In this document: positions 37,897-51,047 of the stretch, piece by piece
Layout: the number at the start of each line of letters is the position of its first letter
Numbering within the stretch: position 1 is the stretch's first letter
Assembly: GCF_000497125.1 (NCBI RefSeq)
Contig: NC_090599.1
Location: 1,116,001 to 1,180,000 of the forward strand
Direction of reading: 5' to 3'
DNA: 64,000 bases
Source: Spironucleus salmonicida
Taxonomy: Eukaryota
Translations under genes and position numbers: made by a program
Notes under the pieces: generated by a model
Database searches by the model: none
Seen by the model: only the letters and a program-made list of their open reading frames with translations
Told to the model about the DNA's origin: nothing

Positions 37897-39147
37897 TCAC
37901 TTTTCGCCCTTCCTCTCTCTGTCATCCCTCCTGACAATCTCAACCTTGTCTACGTAAGCCCATTCGGCCCCACAAACGACCAATTCGGCCAAAACAGCCT
38001 CAATTTTGCTTTTAACGACCTCAAGTTGCTTCATTTTCTGCTCTTCGCCGCCCTCGCAAAGCTGTTTTTTGAGCGCAATTTTCGACTCCAAATCGGCAAA
38101 ATCGTTAAAGTTGAAGCCCGCATCCGCGAAAACGGCGATTCCGCTATAGTCGAAAAACGCGGTTTTCTTGCTCTCCTGGCGCTGCCTTTTGGCGCTCGAA
38201 ACGACCACTTTCTGGGCGCTCATTTGCGCGATTTCGAGCTGCGAATCGATCCACGAAATGAGTTTTTGCTTCGGCATTTCGTCGCTTTCGATTCTCGACG
38301 CGAAATCGATTTTCTCGATTTCGTATTTTCCGAATTTTTCGCTGAATTTGACATTCAATTCCACGAGTTTTTTGTTTATCGGAAGGCAATTTTTCCTGAT
38401 TTCCTGCGTTTCCTTGTAGGCCTCATCGTGCAGTTTCTTGATTTCGTCGAATTGAGTCGCCTGGGCTTTGAAGGCGTCAAAAAGCTGCTGGTGAACGATT
38501 TTGAGCTTGTCGATTTCTGCGTATTTTTGCTTAATTTCGGCGTATAAGACGTCAGTTTCCTGCTTAATAAGCGAATTCTCTTCTCTTTCTTTTTTGATCA
38601 GTTCGAATTCCGTGTTCATGGTATTCCGAAGGTCTTTTCTGGTTATTAAAAGGTCCTTTTTCTCGCTGTTTAGGAGCTTGTAGGAGGTTCTGGCGGCTTC
38701 TACCTGCTCTTCGTCGATGTCTGGGAGCTGAATTTGGATTTTCTCGAGAGCTGTGATTTTGGTCCTTAGGGTGCCTTCTTCTTGCTTCGTATGCCTTTCG
38801 TGGGCGAAAATGTACTCTAATGAAGAAATTTAGGTCTAAATAGCTTCTCTGGAAGGCTTGATATGGCCTAAAACTTTTTTCAGCTCGTCGAGTTTCGGGT
38901 TCTAGAAAATTAGCTGGAAAGCGTCTTGCTGCTTCTAAATAGTGTCGATTTTGGCGTTTAATTCAGCTAACTTGGTCTTATTCTCTTGCATACTATTTTT
39001 AGAGCCGGAATCAGTTGATGAAGCCTATTTTGACTTCAAAACTTAGATTTGGTCTAAAATTTGTTTCTATTATTTTTAAACTTTCTGCTGCTCAGCTTTT
39101 ACGGCGTCAAAGCTGGGACGGGGAGGAAGTGCAGGAATGGCTGACAT
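37897..39147 (-). CDS. coiled-coil protein, Bfr1/proton-pump-interactor-like (416 aa)
   Basis: MSAIPALPPRPSFD...; SREAIQTQISSLEYIFAHERHTKQEEGTLRTKITALEK resembles the Bfr1/PPI core motif (from memory); joins track ORF 37897-38619. Confidence 0.65.
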
Positions 39148-39477
39148 TATTTAAGAGGAGTGGAATGAAAATAAATTGATAAAATATGCTTTATAGTATA
39201 TAATAACGCAAATTTTGATTGTAAAGGAAAGTAGAATCATACGATTGATTTAGATTAGTAAAAATTTAAGAAAAAAGTATTTCATATTATTTATAAAATA
39301 AGTAAATTAGTATAAACATTTTTGAAGAACAATAATGTTGATAATTAATTTAAAAGTAGATTATATACTTAATGATCAAATAAAATTACGACGATTAATT
39401 CATTATAAGCAAAATTGAAATTATTAGGTAAAAGTATGGTTCGTGAAATAAAAAGTAATTACACCCATAATAATTAC

Positions 39478-40035
39478 TCATCTCAGTATTGTATTTAAAA
39501 ATTCATTTACTAACCCTTTTTCTTAGGTTAATAAAACTTTAAATTTATTTGTATTTTAAACAATTATATCGCTAAAATAAAACCATAAGAAGGAAAATTC
39601 TTAATAGTTTTACCGTCCCTAGGAATTTTCTAGTTAGCTGTATAGAATATCCTATTTAGCCTGTTAATTAGACTCTAGTTTATCAATAAGGTCCATAGAA
39701 ATAAGAGGGTAAATATCGTTTAAGACAAACTATCTATCTTCCAACAAAATATAAGATTCGGTAAAATTGGTTGGGTTGTAAAGTTATTAAATTATTGCAT
39801 CTTTAAGGACTTTTTTATCGCTAAAGTATGTTATAATTATTAGGTCCGACGGATGATAAATCTGTGACTTAATAACTTAATTAAACGATTTGTTAAATTA
39901 ACTTTCAAAACTAGATTTCATGGTGATAAGATTTATATGGTCGTGATTATTTATAATGTTGATAAGTTTCTTCTCATCAATTTTTGTATTCATCATAGTT
40001 GCAAATAAATAGTATGATTATAGAATAAGGTTCAT
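39478..40035 (-). CDS. hypothetical protein (185 aa)
   Basis: Intact code-6 ORF MNLILQSYYLFATMMNTKIDEKK...NTILR-TGA. Confidence 0.6.
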
Positions 40036-40589
40036 ATTTTAATGATATTAATATTTATATTATATAATAACTCTAAGCTTTTGGTTTATAATATCCGGAA
40101 ACTCACTAAGTATGAGAGTTTATTTTTAGAATCAAATAAATAAATTACTTTAAATAAATGATTCGTAACAAGATTCTAGTTTTTCTAATAGTTTCAGTTG
40201 ATGCCGTATACTTTAGAACATATATTTTATACTCAACAATAATCTCAATACATATAACAATATAACTGATTATTTTATTCTTTATAAAATGTCTTAAGTT
40301 CGGTTATCAAAATTTATGTCTAGGAAATTCAAAGTAGAGCACCCTATTTTAATTATAGACACGAATACAGATAATATAGTTTCCTATGATAAAGTTTTAA
40401 CTCCTAAAGCTAGCTTAAAAAGGTTCATTTTTAAGAAAGCAGATAGAGCCATTAACGATGAATAATGACTGACAAGGGTAAATGTCATACTATTAAGTGA
40501 TTTTATAGTTATATTGACATTATAGTCTATTCTAACGCAGATTGGTAATTATGGATAATAATTATTTTCCTTTTCTTTTCCTTTTCATA

Positions 40590-41111
40590 ATGCTAATTTA
40601 GTTCACTTCAACTCACCAAATTAATCTATAGGCTAATCTGCTTAACATTCCGTTTAAAGAAGCAGTTGAGATTTCTTTACGATAATAATTTACAGGAAGG
40701 TAGCTTGATAAACAGGGAATTTGTGTTGCAATATCAAAAGTAATTTCATATACTTAACCAAAAATCTTATAAAATATGGGTAATTTATCACTTGAAGCTA
40801 CATTTGAAGCTATAGTTTTTAGGCCTTTCCGTGGTGAGCGTATTTGGGCACAGGTAGAGTAATAAAATTTAAGTCAAATATAACTTTCGACCCCATTTGG
40901 CTCGGTGGTTGTTGCTAGATTAAACTTATTTGAGGGAAGCGAATTTGATGGTTAAGAGTGGATCTGGAGATTTTAAGGAGTAGAAAATTATATTCAAAAT
41001 GGTAATACATGTTTTGTTAGAGTTATTGATGTAAAGGTAAATGGTGAAGGTATTGAAATTTAGGCTAGCATGGATGAACCCGGCCTTGGGGATCTTAGAT
41101 GGTGGAGATGA
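40590..41111 (+). CDS. POLR3H: RNA polymerase III subunit RPC25/RPC8
   Basis: GICVAI, FEAIVFRPFRGE, EWIWRF, ASMDEPGLGDLRWW C-terminus. Confidence 0.9.
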
Positions 41112-41284
41112 GTGAATTATATTTTAATTCATATTTGCCTATAAAATACATTTAATATTATATTTTATTGTTTCTTTTTTAAATTTTCTGTTTTTATAAT
41201 AATATATTAATGTGATAAAGTATAATTTATATTCTGTCATTACCTATTTAATAAACTGTCATTACCCAAAAATTGTGTTTATAA

Positions 41285-42637
41285 ATGGCGAAGTGCAAAT
41301 CTGTTAAGGCTTAAAAAGACTAAGTCATACGTCCTACTGCTAAGTCAGGGGGAGATACAAGAAATACAAGAATGATCCTAATGATGGTTATGGTTGTAGG
41401 ATATATGTTTGCAGAGCTTATTGTTGGTATTTATGGTAATTCACTCACATTGGTAGGAGATGCATTCCATATGATTTCTGATGCATCCGCTCTTGTTATT
41501 GGATATATATCCATAAAAATTGGTAAAAGAAAAGCTAGTGGAGAGTATACATTCGGATACTAAAGATATGAGATTCTTGGAGCTTTCTTTAATGCTAGTT
41601 TCTTAGTTTCAACTGCATTCTTTTTACTCACTGAAATAATTCAGAAATTTATAACTCCAACACCAATAAGCGATGTTGACTTAGTTCTTTATGTTGCTAT
41701 TGGTGGTTTAGTCGTTAATATTGTAGGAATGTTCTTATTTGGTCATAATCATGGAGGACACAGTCACGGTCACGATCATTCTCACGGCCATTCTCACGGT
41801 CATTCTCATGGTCATGATCATGAACACGATCACGAGAGTCATGAGGAATGTGATGAACATGAGACCATTCATGACCATCATGAACATGATGAAGATCAAT
41901 GTAATAAAGAGAATCTCTTAGGCTGCGATAATAATTATGAAAAAGAATCCCATGATCATGAAGAAGAACATGATCATTGTTGCTAACATGATCATGCTGA
42001 AGTTACAGTAGAATCTGGTACGATATAAGTTTCTAATGAAATAGAACATAAGGTGAATCATAGTGATAAGCTCTAAGAATAGAAAAAGACGAAAAAGGTT
42101 GATATGGCCATGCATGGGGTTTTCCTTCATGTATTGGGCGATTTTATTGGCTCGATAATAGTTATTATTGCCGCATTATCCTAAAAGTTTGGGGCTCATC
42201 TTCCTGGCATCTCATATATTGATCCTAGCTGCTCATTAATCATGGTAGGTATTTTGGTAAATTCATCAATACCATTATTACGGGATTCTGGTAAGATACT
42301 TCTTCTACATTCATAAGTCGATTCAATAATGTTGAAATAACAAATATTAACAGTTAAGCACGTAGCGGGTGTTCATGAGGTTCACTCTTGGGCATTTACT
42401 CCTGAAAAATAAGTTGGCCATGTTCATATAGTAATGCGTAAAAGTATGCTAGATTAATATGAGACGGTTGTATCGGATGTCAAGGAAGTATTCCATAAAC
42501 ATGATATTCATAATACTACAGTGGCTGTTGAGTTTGTTGATGATAATGAGAAGGATCTTGATGCATGTTTCGTTAAATAAGGTTGCAAAGCATTCACTGG
42601 TATGTGCTGTGAAGACTAAATACAAAAAATATAGTGA
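41285..42637 (+). CDS. CDF/ZnT zinc transporter with His-rich loop (450 aa)
   Basis: SLTLVGDAFHMISD, YTFGYQRYEILGAFFN, (HG/HS/HD)n loop, MHGVFLHVLGDFIGS, VHEVHSW. Confidence 0.95.
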
Positions 42638-42650
42638 TTGATTTGGTCAT

Positions 42651-43073
42651 TCAAAACTATTTATTTTCTAATGCACTAACAAGAAATTTAAAGTCTTAGT
42701 AATTAATTTTCTTAGTCTTGCCCAATAAGCAGTAAATCTCCATTTCGCTTAGTTTCACATTGAAAAAATTAAATAACATGTTACTAACCAGAGGTATGTT
42801 AAGTGAATTATTGCCTTTCTGATCTAACGCTTTAAACAAAAATTCATCTCTATCTTAATATTAATGTAGTTCGCTAAACGATTTAAATTCTTTCTTTTCG
42901 AGAAAACCACTATTATCTAAATCGAATGCCATTAAAATCTAATCTATGGTGAACCCGAATCTAGCTGATAATTCTTACGCATAAGGTTCTAGTTCTAACA
43001 TTGATATTTTACCGTCTTTATTATCATCTATCTTTTTCATGTCAAGAGTTTATACACCTGCACTACAGCCCAT
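42651..43073 (-). CDS. EF-hand protein with MGCS N-terminus (140 aa)
   Basis: DDNKDGKISMLE and DLDNSGFLEKKE calcium-binding loops. Confidence 0.88.
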
Positions 43074-43309
43074 TTAAGTAAAAAAATATGAATAACTTTA
43101 TATATAAACTTATTAATATGTTCATTTAAACTGATTTCACAATAAATATATTAATACGCTTTTGAGTCATAAATTACCAAAGCGAAAAACTTTAATCTAA
43201 TTATACAATTAAGACATCTAAACTCCCAACCACCGTCTATATTCAATAAATAAATTCCAACAAGTGAACATTTTATACCAAATAAATCGTACTTACAGAA
43301 ACAGCGAAA

Positions 43310-43600
43310 ATGCTGAATTCCTTTCTGTGGGGACTCATTTTGGTAGTCTGGGCGGCGCTTGCACTGCATATCTGCGCTGTATTCGCTTCCTCGCGTCAGT
43401 TTCTCAACGAATTCAGCTACCGAAAGCGTACGAATCTGCTGATCCAAATGGCGCGAGAGAGGCAGACCACGCTGAGGATTGCACAGCGCGCGTTGAGGTG
43501 CGAGAACACCTGCGACATAATTCAGCGAAACATCGTAATTTTGGGCCAAAACCAAAAGGCCCTGGCAGCGAACGCCCGGAAACGGGCATTTTTGGAGTGA
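43310..43600 (+). CDS. small hypothetical protein with N-terminal hydrophobic segment (96 aa)
   Basis: MLNSFLWGLILVVWAALALHICAVFA...; ends GAG-TGA. Confidence 0.55.
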   Translation: MLNSFLWGLILVVWAALALHICAVFASSRQFLNEFSYRKRTNLLIQMARERQTTLRIAQRALRCENTCDIIQRNIVILGQNQKALAANARKRAFLE

Positions 43601-43668
43601 ATTTTTAGCGCGTTCAATTTTGGACGAAATCCGACTTGCGCATTCAAAATTCAATTCAAATTTGACTT

Positions 43669-44655
43669 TCACTTCCTCTGCCACATTCCTCCCAAATCTG
43701 CCTGCAACTCGTTCTGCATCTCTCGCAAATCCCACTCCTCGATGCTGCTGATCTGCAGCTCGAGATCGTTCCGGGCGTTGATCTGGGCGATGCAGAACGC
43801 GCCGCTTTCGACGATCTTCCCGGTCACGAGAAATGCATTTTCAGTGATTTTTTCGTTCCGGAAAACGAAGTTTTCGCTCCTTTTGAAGAGGAATTTTTTT
43901 CCGGAAGGAGCGAAAGTTTTAAGGTCGTTCAAGTACGTGGAAAGGAGGTCGAATTAAATATTTTTTACGCGGCTCAGAATTGCTTGCCAGACCAGGAATG
44001 CGAGCAGCTCAACGTTGAGGAGTTGCAGGTCGAGCACGAGCGCGACGGTGGAGAGGCAGAAGTTAAGCCGCTGGCGATCGGTTTTCTCGACGAAGCTTGC
44101 GACTTCCAGCGCATTTTGGCCGAAGTTCGGCACCGAAATGCAGGCTTCTGGGCGATAGTTTCGGAGCAAGTTTGCGAAGTCCAGACCGACCTGGAAAGCG
44201 CCCTCGAGCCCGAATGCTGTGGAGGTCGCCACGCCGACGTGCATCTCACGCGCGGAAACGCGTGAAAATACTAGGGTAACCTGGAAACTCAGAGATTTGA
44301 AGATAATTTCGGCGGATCTGTGTGCAAAGGCTGACAGATATTCCGTTGAGGGCACTTCAACGGGCTGGGGAGGTGTTTTCGAGAAAACTAGAACCCCTGC
44401 AGTCAACTTCGACTGTAGCGGGCGGTTTAGTCTGATCAACTGGTTAAAGGTGTCTAGGATGCGCTAGAACGATTCATGGGTCGTGAAAACTGTCAGAATG
44501 AAGTGAAATGGAGTTTTAGCCACGAGCGGTTTAGGAGGTTTGTAGAGAAAGTAGCGTTATGGGGAGTACGAGCGATTCGTGGCTGGATGGGTTGCAGGTT
44601 TTTTGATGCCAGAAGCGTTTTTGAGAATAAATGAGGGAAGCGCTGTAAGTGGCAT
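43669..44655 (-). CDS. hypothetical protein (328 aa)
   Basis: Code 6 joins track ORFs 43954-44439 and 43669-43932 with start MPLTALPSFILKN. Confidence 0.7.
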
Positions 44656-45531
44656 TTTAAAATATTATATAATATATACTACATATTTCATTAATTTTGT
44701 TTTCTCTGTAGAATACCTCAAATTATTTCGTCCGACTTGTAATTTCTAAGTTAGCTGATATTATTTTTTCTATATAAGGTTTCAATTAACTCAACTCGCT
44801 GGTGTTGATAATGATAATATTCTTCTAGCCGTTATGTGAATTTATTATCAACAATACATTCTTCTTCTAACATTTCAGGAGTCTTTAAAATCGATTTACA
44901 TTTTTTATAACATGTTTACTTCTTAATAATGTACAGATTTTATTCCTTCTACGAATACTGAAATGCCTTATGGTATATGAAAAATAATATTATTTATTTC
45001 AGTTGTTCCTTCTTGTAGGCAACAATATCTATTACTTTAATTGGTTTTGCAAGAAAACTATTAATGTAAGCTTAAAGGTCATACTTTATCTATGATTTCT
45101 TAAGAATTTTCCAAAAGTTATATATATTTGTATCACATACCAAGTTTTAATAAATTGTATTTAGATGATTTTCTTTGTCTTCATATTAAAAACTTGAAGT
45201 AAAATTACAATTATTGTTATAATCAGAATTGTTTTACTTACATTAAAATACACCGGATAAATTGTCAATTTTATCATAGTTTTAGAACTTTTCCAAAACC
45301 TTCTGCGATTATGTGCCATTAGATTTTTTTACTAGCTACCCTTACTTAATTGAGTTATTACAATATATATATAAGAGTGCAAATTAAGCTTGACATTGCC
45401 AATAACTTGTTTTTAATAATGTTATTGAATCGCTTACGGGAACGCTAGCTATTTAATTTGTACTCTTTTCATTTATACCAAAAATACAACAAACATATAG
45501 AAATATAATACTATTTTATAGCAATAAAATA

Positions 45532-46275
45532 ATGTCAGACGATCTGAAAACGCAAGGTAATGAAGCCCTTAAACAGGGCCGTATTTACGACTCCATATAG
45601 CTATATTCTGAAGCAATATAAATAGACCCATCTAATCATATTATATTTTCTAATCGATCTAATGCCTATTACTAAGATAAAAATTTCGCATTTGCCTTAA
45701 AAGACGCAACGGAGACAATTACCTTAGCTTCCAAATTTGAAAAAGGATACATACGTGCTTATGATGCATTGGTTGCCTTAAATAGATTTCCTGAAGGAGT
45801 AAAGCAAATAAAAACAGGGTTGACCGCCATCCCAAGTGGACCAATTTTGACATAAAAATACCAGGAATTCTAGAAGTTTATAATACCAAATCTGACTTCT
45901 ATTCAGCTTATTACTAACCCAGTACCGTTTGTAAAAAACGTCCCAACAGTAATAGAATGCTTTGCTACTTGGTGTGGGCCCTGCAAATAGATGATTCCCC
46001 ATTTAGCAAAGTTCCAAGACACTTATAATAATAGGATAAACTTGATCAGTGTTTCTTCTGAACCTACCGGAAAACTGGAAGGGTTTCTGAAGGGAAATCC
46101 CGAAATGAAGCTGTACAACGTTGGATTTGACGGAAGCGGGGTGGTTTAGCATATTATGGGTCTCCAGGGGGTATAGGGCATTCCACATTGTTTTGTTTAC
46201 GATAAAGATGGAACCCAAATATTCAGCGGCCATCCCAGCCAGCTGGATCAGTTTGTCTGCAGTTTAGGAATCTGA
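45532..46275 (+). CDS. TPR (STI1-like) plus thioredoxin-fold fusion (247 aa)
   Basis: LKTQGNEALKQG...YSEAIQIDPSNHIIFSNRSNAY...KGYIR; FATWCGPCKQMIPHL; GIPHCFVYDKDG..SGHP. Confidence 0.9.
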
Positions 46276-46336
46276 AGCATTTAAAATTCAATTATTATAT
46301 AATAATTATAATTATATTATTTTCCTACTTCATTTA

Positions 46337-48439
46337 ATGTTTTATTCTTTGTCTGCCAAACTAACAGCTAAACGTGATCCAACATACCTGTAATTATCAT
46401 TAGAGCAGAAATAGGTGTATGATATGGTAGTTTTTGAGCGTAAATCTGTATTTTTCACCGGTCAGGCGGGATCTGGTAAATCTTTCCTCATCCGAGCGAT
46501 AATTCAGGGTCTGTAACGACTTTTGCTACCAGAACAGCTGGCTGTGACTGCAATGACAGGAATTGCTGCCGTAAATATCGCAGGGTAAACGCTGCACTCC
46601 CTATTTGCATCACCTCTAAATTTTGACACGGAGGACCCCGAGACGAATGTGTAAAAACAGTTAAAAATGGCACTCGTGCGCCCTCCGCTGCGCGAGCGGT
46701 TGAATGCGTTACAGACTATCCTGATTGACGAAGTTTCGATGCTCCAGGGATCAGTTTTCGACACCCTGGAGCTGCTTCTCCGGAAGGTAAAAAGATCGAG
46801 CAAATTCTTCGGGGATGTGTAATTGGTACTCTGTGGTGACTTCATGCAACTACCACCAATAAAAAAGTAGGGCCGGCCGAAGTTGCTGTTCGAGAGCAGC
46901 TACTTCTCAAAAATTATGTGCGTCAAGCTAACTGTTCAATTCAGATAGCAAGACGACCAGCTTATCAACATGCTGAACAAGATCCGAAACGGTTAGGTTG
47001 ACGACCAGGTTAAAAATTTGATTTTATCGCGTAAGAAAACCGAACAGGAGATCAACAGGGACGAGGAGAGCAAATTAAAATTTTCATATGGTTAGTGGAA
47101 ATAGAACATTGAAAACATGAAATAATTTATTTTAAATTCAGAGTAGCAAAGTCTTAAAATGGGATTTTTTAAGAAGCTTGAGCTTCTTCATCAGACTAAA
47201 AATGCTGAAATTCAGATCAGGCAGGCAAAGTATGTACCGCCAGTTTTTCCTATAAGGTTGTATGCTTACAAAACGCAGGTCGAATAATTTAACATATCTA
47301 GGCTTAATTCTCAGAAAAGGTAAGTTTTCACAGTTAATGCGTTAGATGAAGGTATAACTGATAAGATAGAAAAGCCAGAGGCATAAATCTTATTCTCAAT
47401 TGGAGCATAAGTCATGTTAACAAAAAATATAGATGTTACTGCTGGGCTGTGTAATGGATCAGTTGGTATAATAGTGGAGATCAAATCTAAAACTGAAAGT
47501 TAGATACTAAATGTGATATTAGATGAAGTTGAAGTATTCGTAAAATTTAGTTCTTCTACTGTTCCAATAAAAAGTATTGATACAGAACAGATAGGCTCTA
47601 ATGGAAAAGATAGAGTTGGCCTACGTAAATAACTTCCGTTATAGTTATCTTATGCAATATCTATCCACAAATCATAAGGTTTAACTTTAGATGCGGCTGT
47701 TATGGATTTAAAGAATTGCTTTGAAAATGGGTAAGTTTATGTGGCTCTTAGTAGAATAAGATCATTAGAAGGTTTGGTGGTGACTGGAATTAATTTTGAT
47801 AAAATAACAGCTGATTAAAGCAGTATGGTATTCTGCGAAGAAGTTAAAAGTATTGAAGAGTTAGGTTTATTTCCGTCAGGAAATAACCTAATATAGTCAT
47901 TTACAATCGAGTCAGATATTTAACTTACTAAAGAGTACGATTCTATACCAAAGTCAGTAGATTTACGTGTTAAAAGCCCACACAACATTAAAAAATCACC
48001 TACCTTAGAATTACCATTGTTCTCCTTAGCAGCCTCCAGTCCTATTTAAAACGAATTAACATCAGAATAGGCATCACCTTCGTTTCCTGTTCATTAGTAA
48101 GATTTATAAACATATATATAACAAAAGTCATAACAAATATGCACATAATCGCCTAGCTTGAAAAGAGGTAAACTAACAATAAAACCAAAAAATACTGAAG
48201 TAGTTTTCATAAAAGCAGCTGATGTGGTCGATATTAGTGATTCTGATAATCTGGTAGAACCAGTATAGAAATTATAATCACCTACTATAGAATCTTAGCC
48301 AAAATTAACATAAGAAGATGTCCCTATTATTCCTATTCTCCAAGATATAAATATGGAAAGTAATGCTATTCATGAGGAACCTGAAAAATAAACACCTAAG
48401 AATTTCTTTGATTTTGAATATTATTTAAAATTTTTGTGA
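46337..48439 (+). CDS. PIF1: PIF1-family 5'-3' DNA helicase (700 aa)
   Basis: TGQAGSGKS, TAMTGIAA, TLHS, IDEVSM, GDFMQLPP, GAQVMLTKN..LCNGSVG, QLPLQLSYAISIHKSQGLTLD, GQVYVALSR. Confidence 0.95.
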
Positions 48440-48495
48440 AAGAAGTTGCTAGATTTCCTACAAGTTTAAGTGATAAGTTTTTCCCGCTCCAAAAA

Positions 48496-49866
48496 ATGAA
48501 ACATATTCGTATATTTCTTAGAAAACCTAAACGGCTAGTTCCATTTACTCCAAAATACAATGGAACAATCCCTAGTTCTGAAAAATTATAATAGTAATCA
48601 ACTATTCTTACTAGATCAACGCCTAAAACCCCAGTCATAAAAAAACCAGTCGAGGTCCCAACCCCTGCTCCTGCAAAAACATATCCTTATAAGCATACAT
48701 ATTTCTTTACCTAGGCATCACTTTGTCAGCGCTCCCTTATTAATTCGCTCGTTACTTCCATGGCATCTTTAGATCCTACAGTTACGGTTTCACCTCTCAT
48801 GCGTACAAAGCTTTCTGATTACTAGTATGCTCAATTTTTCATCAAATTCTAGGTACCTGAGTTATATTTTGCTGATTTGGGACCTTACTTAGAAGGAAAA
48901 TTTATCACAAAAATTCATATTGTTTATCGAGCAAATGCTATTGGCCTCCATAAAGAGCTTATTCACAACTGCAATTATTTTATAGCACGAAATAGGTTGA
49001 CAGCATCATCACTACCTGAAGCCTATCTCCATTTTACATAAACTGCTGTTATATTTGGTGGAAACGTTGCAGACCAGACTGCCAGTTAATATTCTCCTAA
49101 TGGGCCGTTTCTTGGGGTAGCAGTTTGTGCAGGAATTACTAAACTCTTTTGTTTACTAGGGCGTATGCTTGGTCTTAATGTTATAGGGACTGTAGGCAAT
49201 ACGAAATCTGGTGAGTTCCACGCCTGGAATTTATTACAGCTTGGCAAAGGATGGTATCACGCTGATTTTACTTGGTGCTTAACGGACAGTTTTCCAAGGT
49301 ATTTCTAGATTAGTGATACAGAACTAGGGCATGTGAGTTTACATATTTTACCTAAATGTATTAATAAAGAGAAAAGTTATCTTGCAACACACAAAATGGT
49401 ATCTGAGCGTCCTGATGAGGTAGTTAAGTGTTTTGAAAGATAGTACTTAAATGGGCGTGTATGTATATAAAATACTTAACTTGCTAATAAGGATGTAATA
49501 AAAATTATTGAGGATGGGTTAGAGATCTTTAATCGGAGACTTCGACGTAAATATTAATTGGGGAATAAAGATTTGAGAGTCGTAGGATAGACAAGTTTAG
49601 ACGTATTTACTGATGGTAATTATGTGTGCTTGTAATCAGCAGGACGGGTCAACCCTTAAAAAATTCACCTTATATATATCCTAGGAGACAAATCTGGTAT
49701 CGTTTCTATTTCTGAAAAGTTAGTAATTAAGCAACTTCTAGGTGGTAAACACGAATTTCGTGTGGAGCTTAACTGTTTGAACGCATAAAGAGCGGAAACA
49801 CAGTTTTGGTTTTGCGGGAAATGCTCCTAATCTCATCATACGAGACTAAGCGTTATATTTTCATGA
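48496..49866 (+). CDS. transglutaminase-like superfamily protein (may extend further if the T-run near 49805 is an error)
   Basis: Cys-His-Asp triad motifs AVCAGI, HAWNLLQLGKGWYHADFTW. Confidence 0.85.
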
Positions 49867-51047
49867 GCGAATTGAAGGTAGTAAATAATAGAATCAATTT
49901 CTGCCTCAAATAAGACCGCAACATCGCAATAGCTCCCACAGCGAGTCGGCTTTCACGGGGTGGAACATTCCTCATGAAAACGACGGTTGCTAGACTCAAA
50001 TCATAACTAAAATAACGCTTATAGGTAAATATAGTCTAATAATGGGAGTATTGTATTATTAAAGTAGAGTGAGTATAAATTCACTTGGAGTCAGATTTAT
50101 CGGCCGAATTTATTGTTAGCACTCTCTAGTTGCTTTTTATTATACTCATATTTCGTTCGATCTTCTCATAAAAGCGTTCATATGCCGTAGTTCTCTTTAT
50201 GAGGTCATGTGCGACAATTTTTTAATTATTAAGTTTAAACAAAATGTCTATCCATTTTTAACAATGAGGAGGTTTCAGGAACTGCATAGTTGATTATATG
50301 ACACATAGTAGAGGAATTGATATTGCTATCTATAATACTAGAATAAGAAGTTATAATGGTGTTCTTGCCATTTTATGGAAGAATTTTTTAATTTTTATCA
50401 TTGTGTATGGGTAAGTAACAACTACATTTCCTAAACTGAAAACAAATAATTTATTTTTAGATTAAATTATCGCATGCACATCTATATATATTAAAATTAT
50501 TTTAACCATAAATTTCAAATTATGAAACTGACACAAAATTTTATTCAAGATTAATATTTATTAAAAAAATATATCTATTGTTGATTATTATGAAAAATAT
50601 ATTTCTTAGTTTCAATTTATTTTGTTAGAAATAATTAAACGCCTTATGTACTTTAATTATTAGTTATTAATTAATATTCAAAACTAGGTTGTAAGTTTGA
50701 AATACCTAGTTATAGTATAGTACCCGATCTACTAAAAATTATAACAATAATTATTCGTAAATATAATTTGATATATTTAAAAATAATATATTTATATAAT
50801 AAACTATAAAACTGGCTTTAAGTAATATAGTGTGCTTCTGCCTTATTTTAATTCATAAAGAAGTTTTATAGTGATTGTTATTCGAATCTGTTGTCAAATT
50901 TTAGTAATATAACTATTATTTACATTTATAAACGATTTATTCTTGTATATATTTAATCTAGTAATTTAATGGTTCTGCTATCTTGAATTAGTAAAGACGT
51001 CTATATTATAATTTAATATTTTTACCATCCAGTTACTAACCCTATAA

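Noticed and set aside
44718-45472. Long minus-strand open frame
   Set aside because: No in-frame ATG found for the long frame and no recognisable motifs
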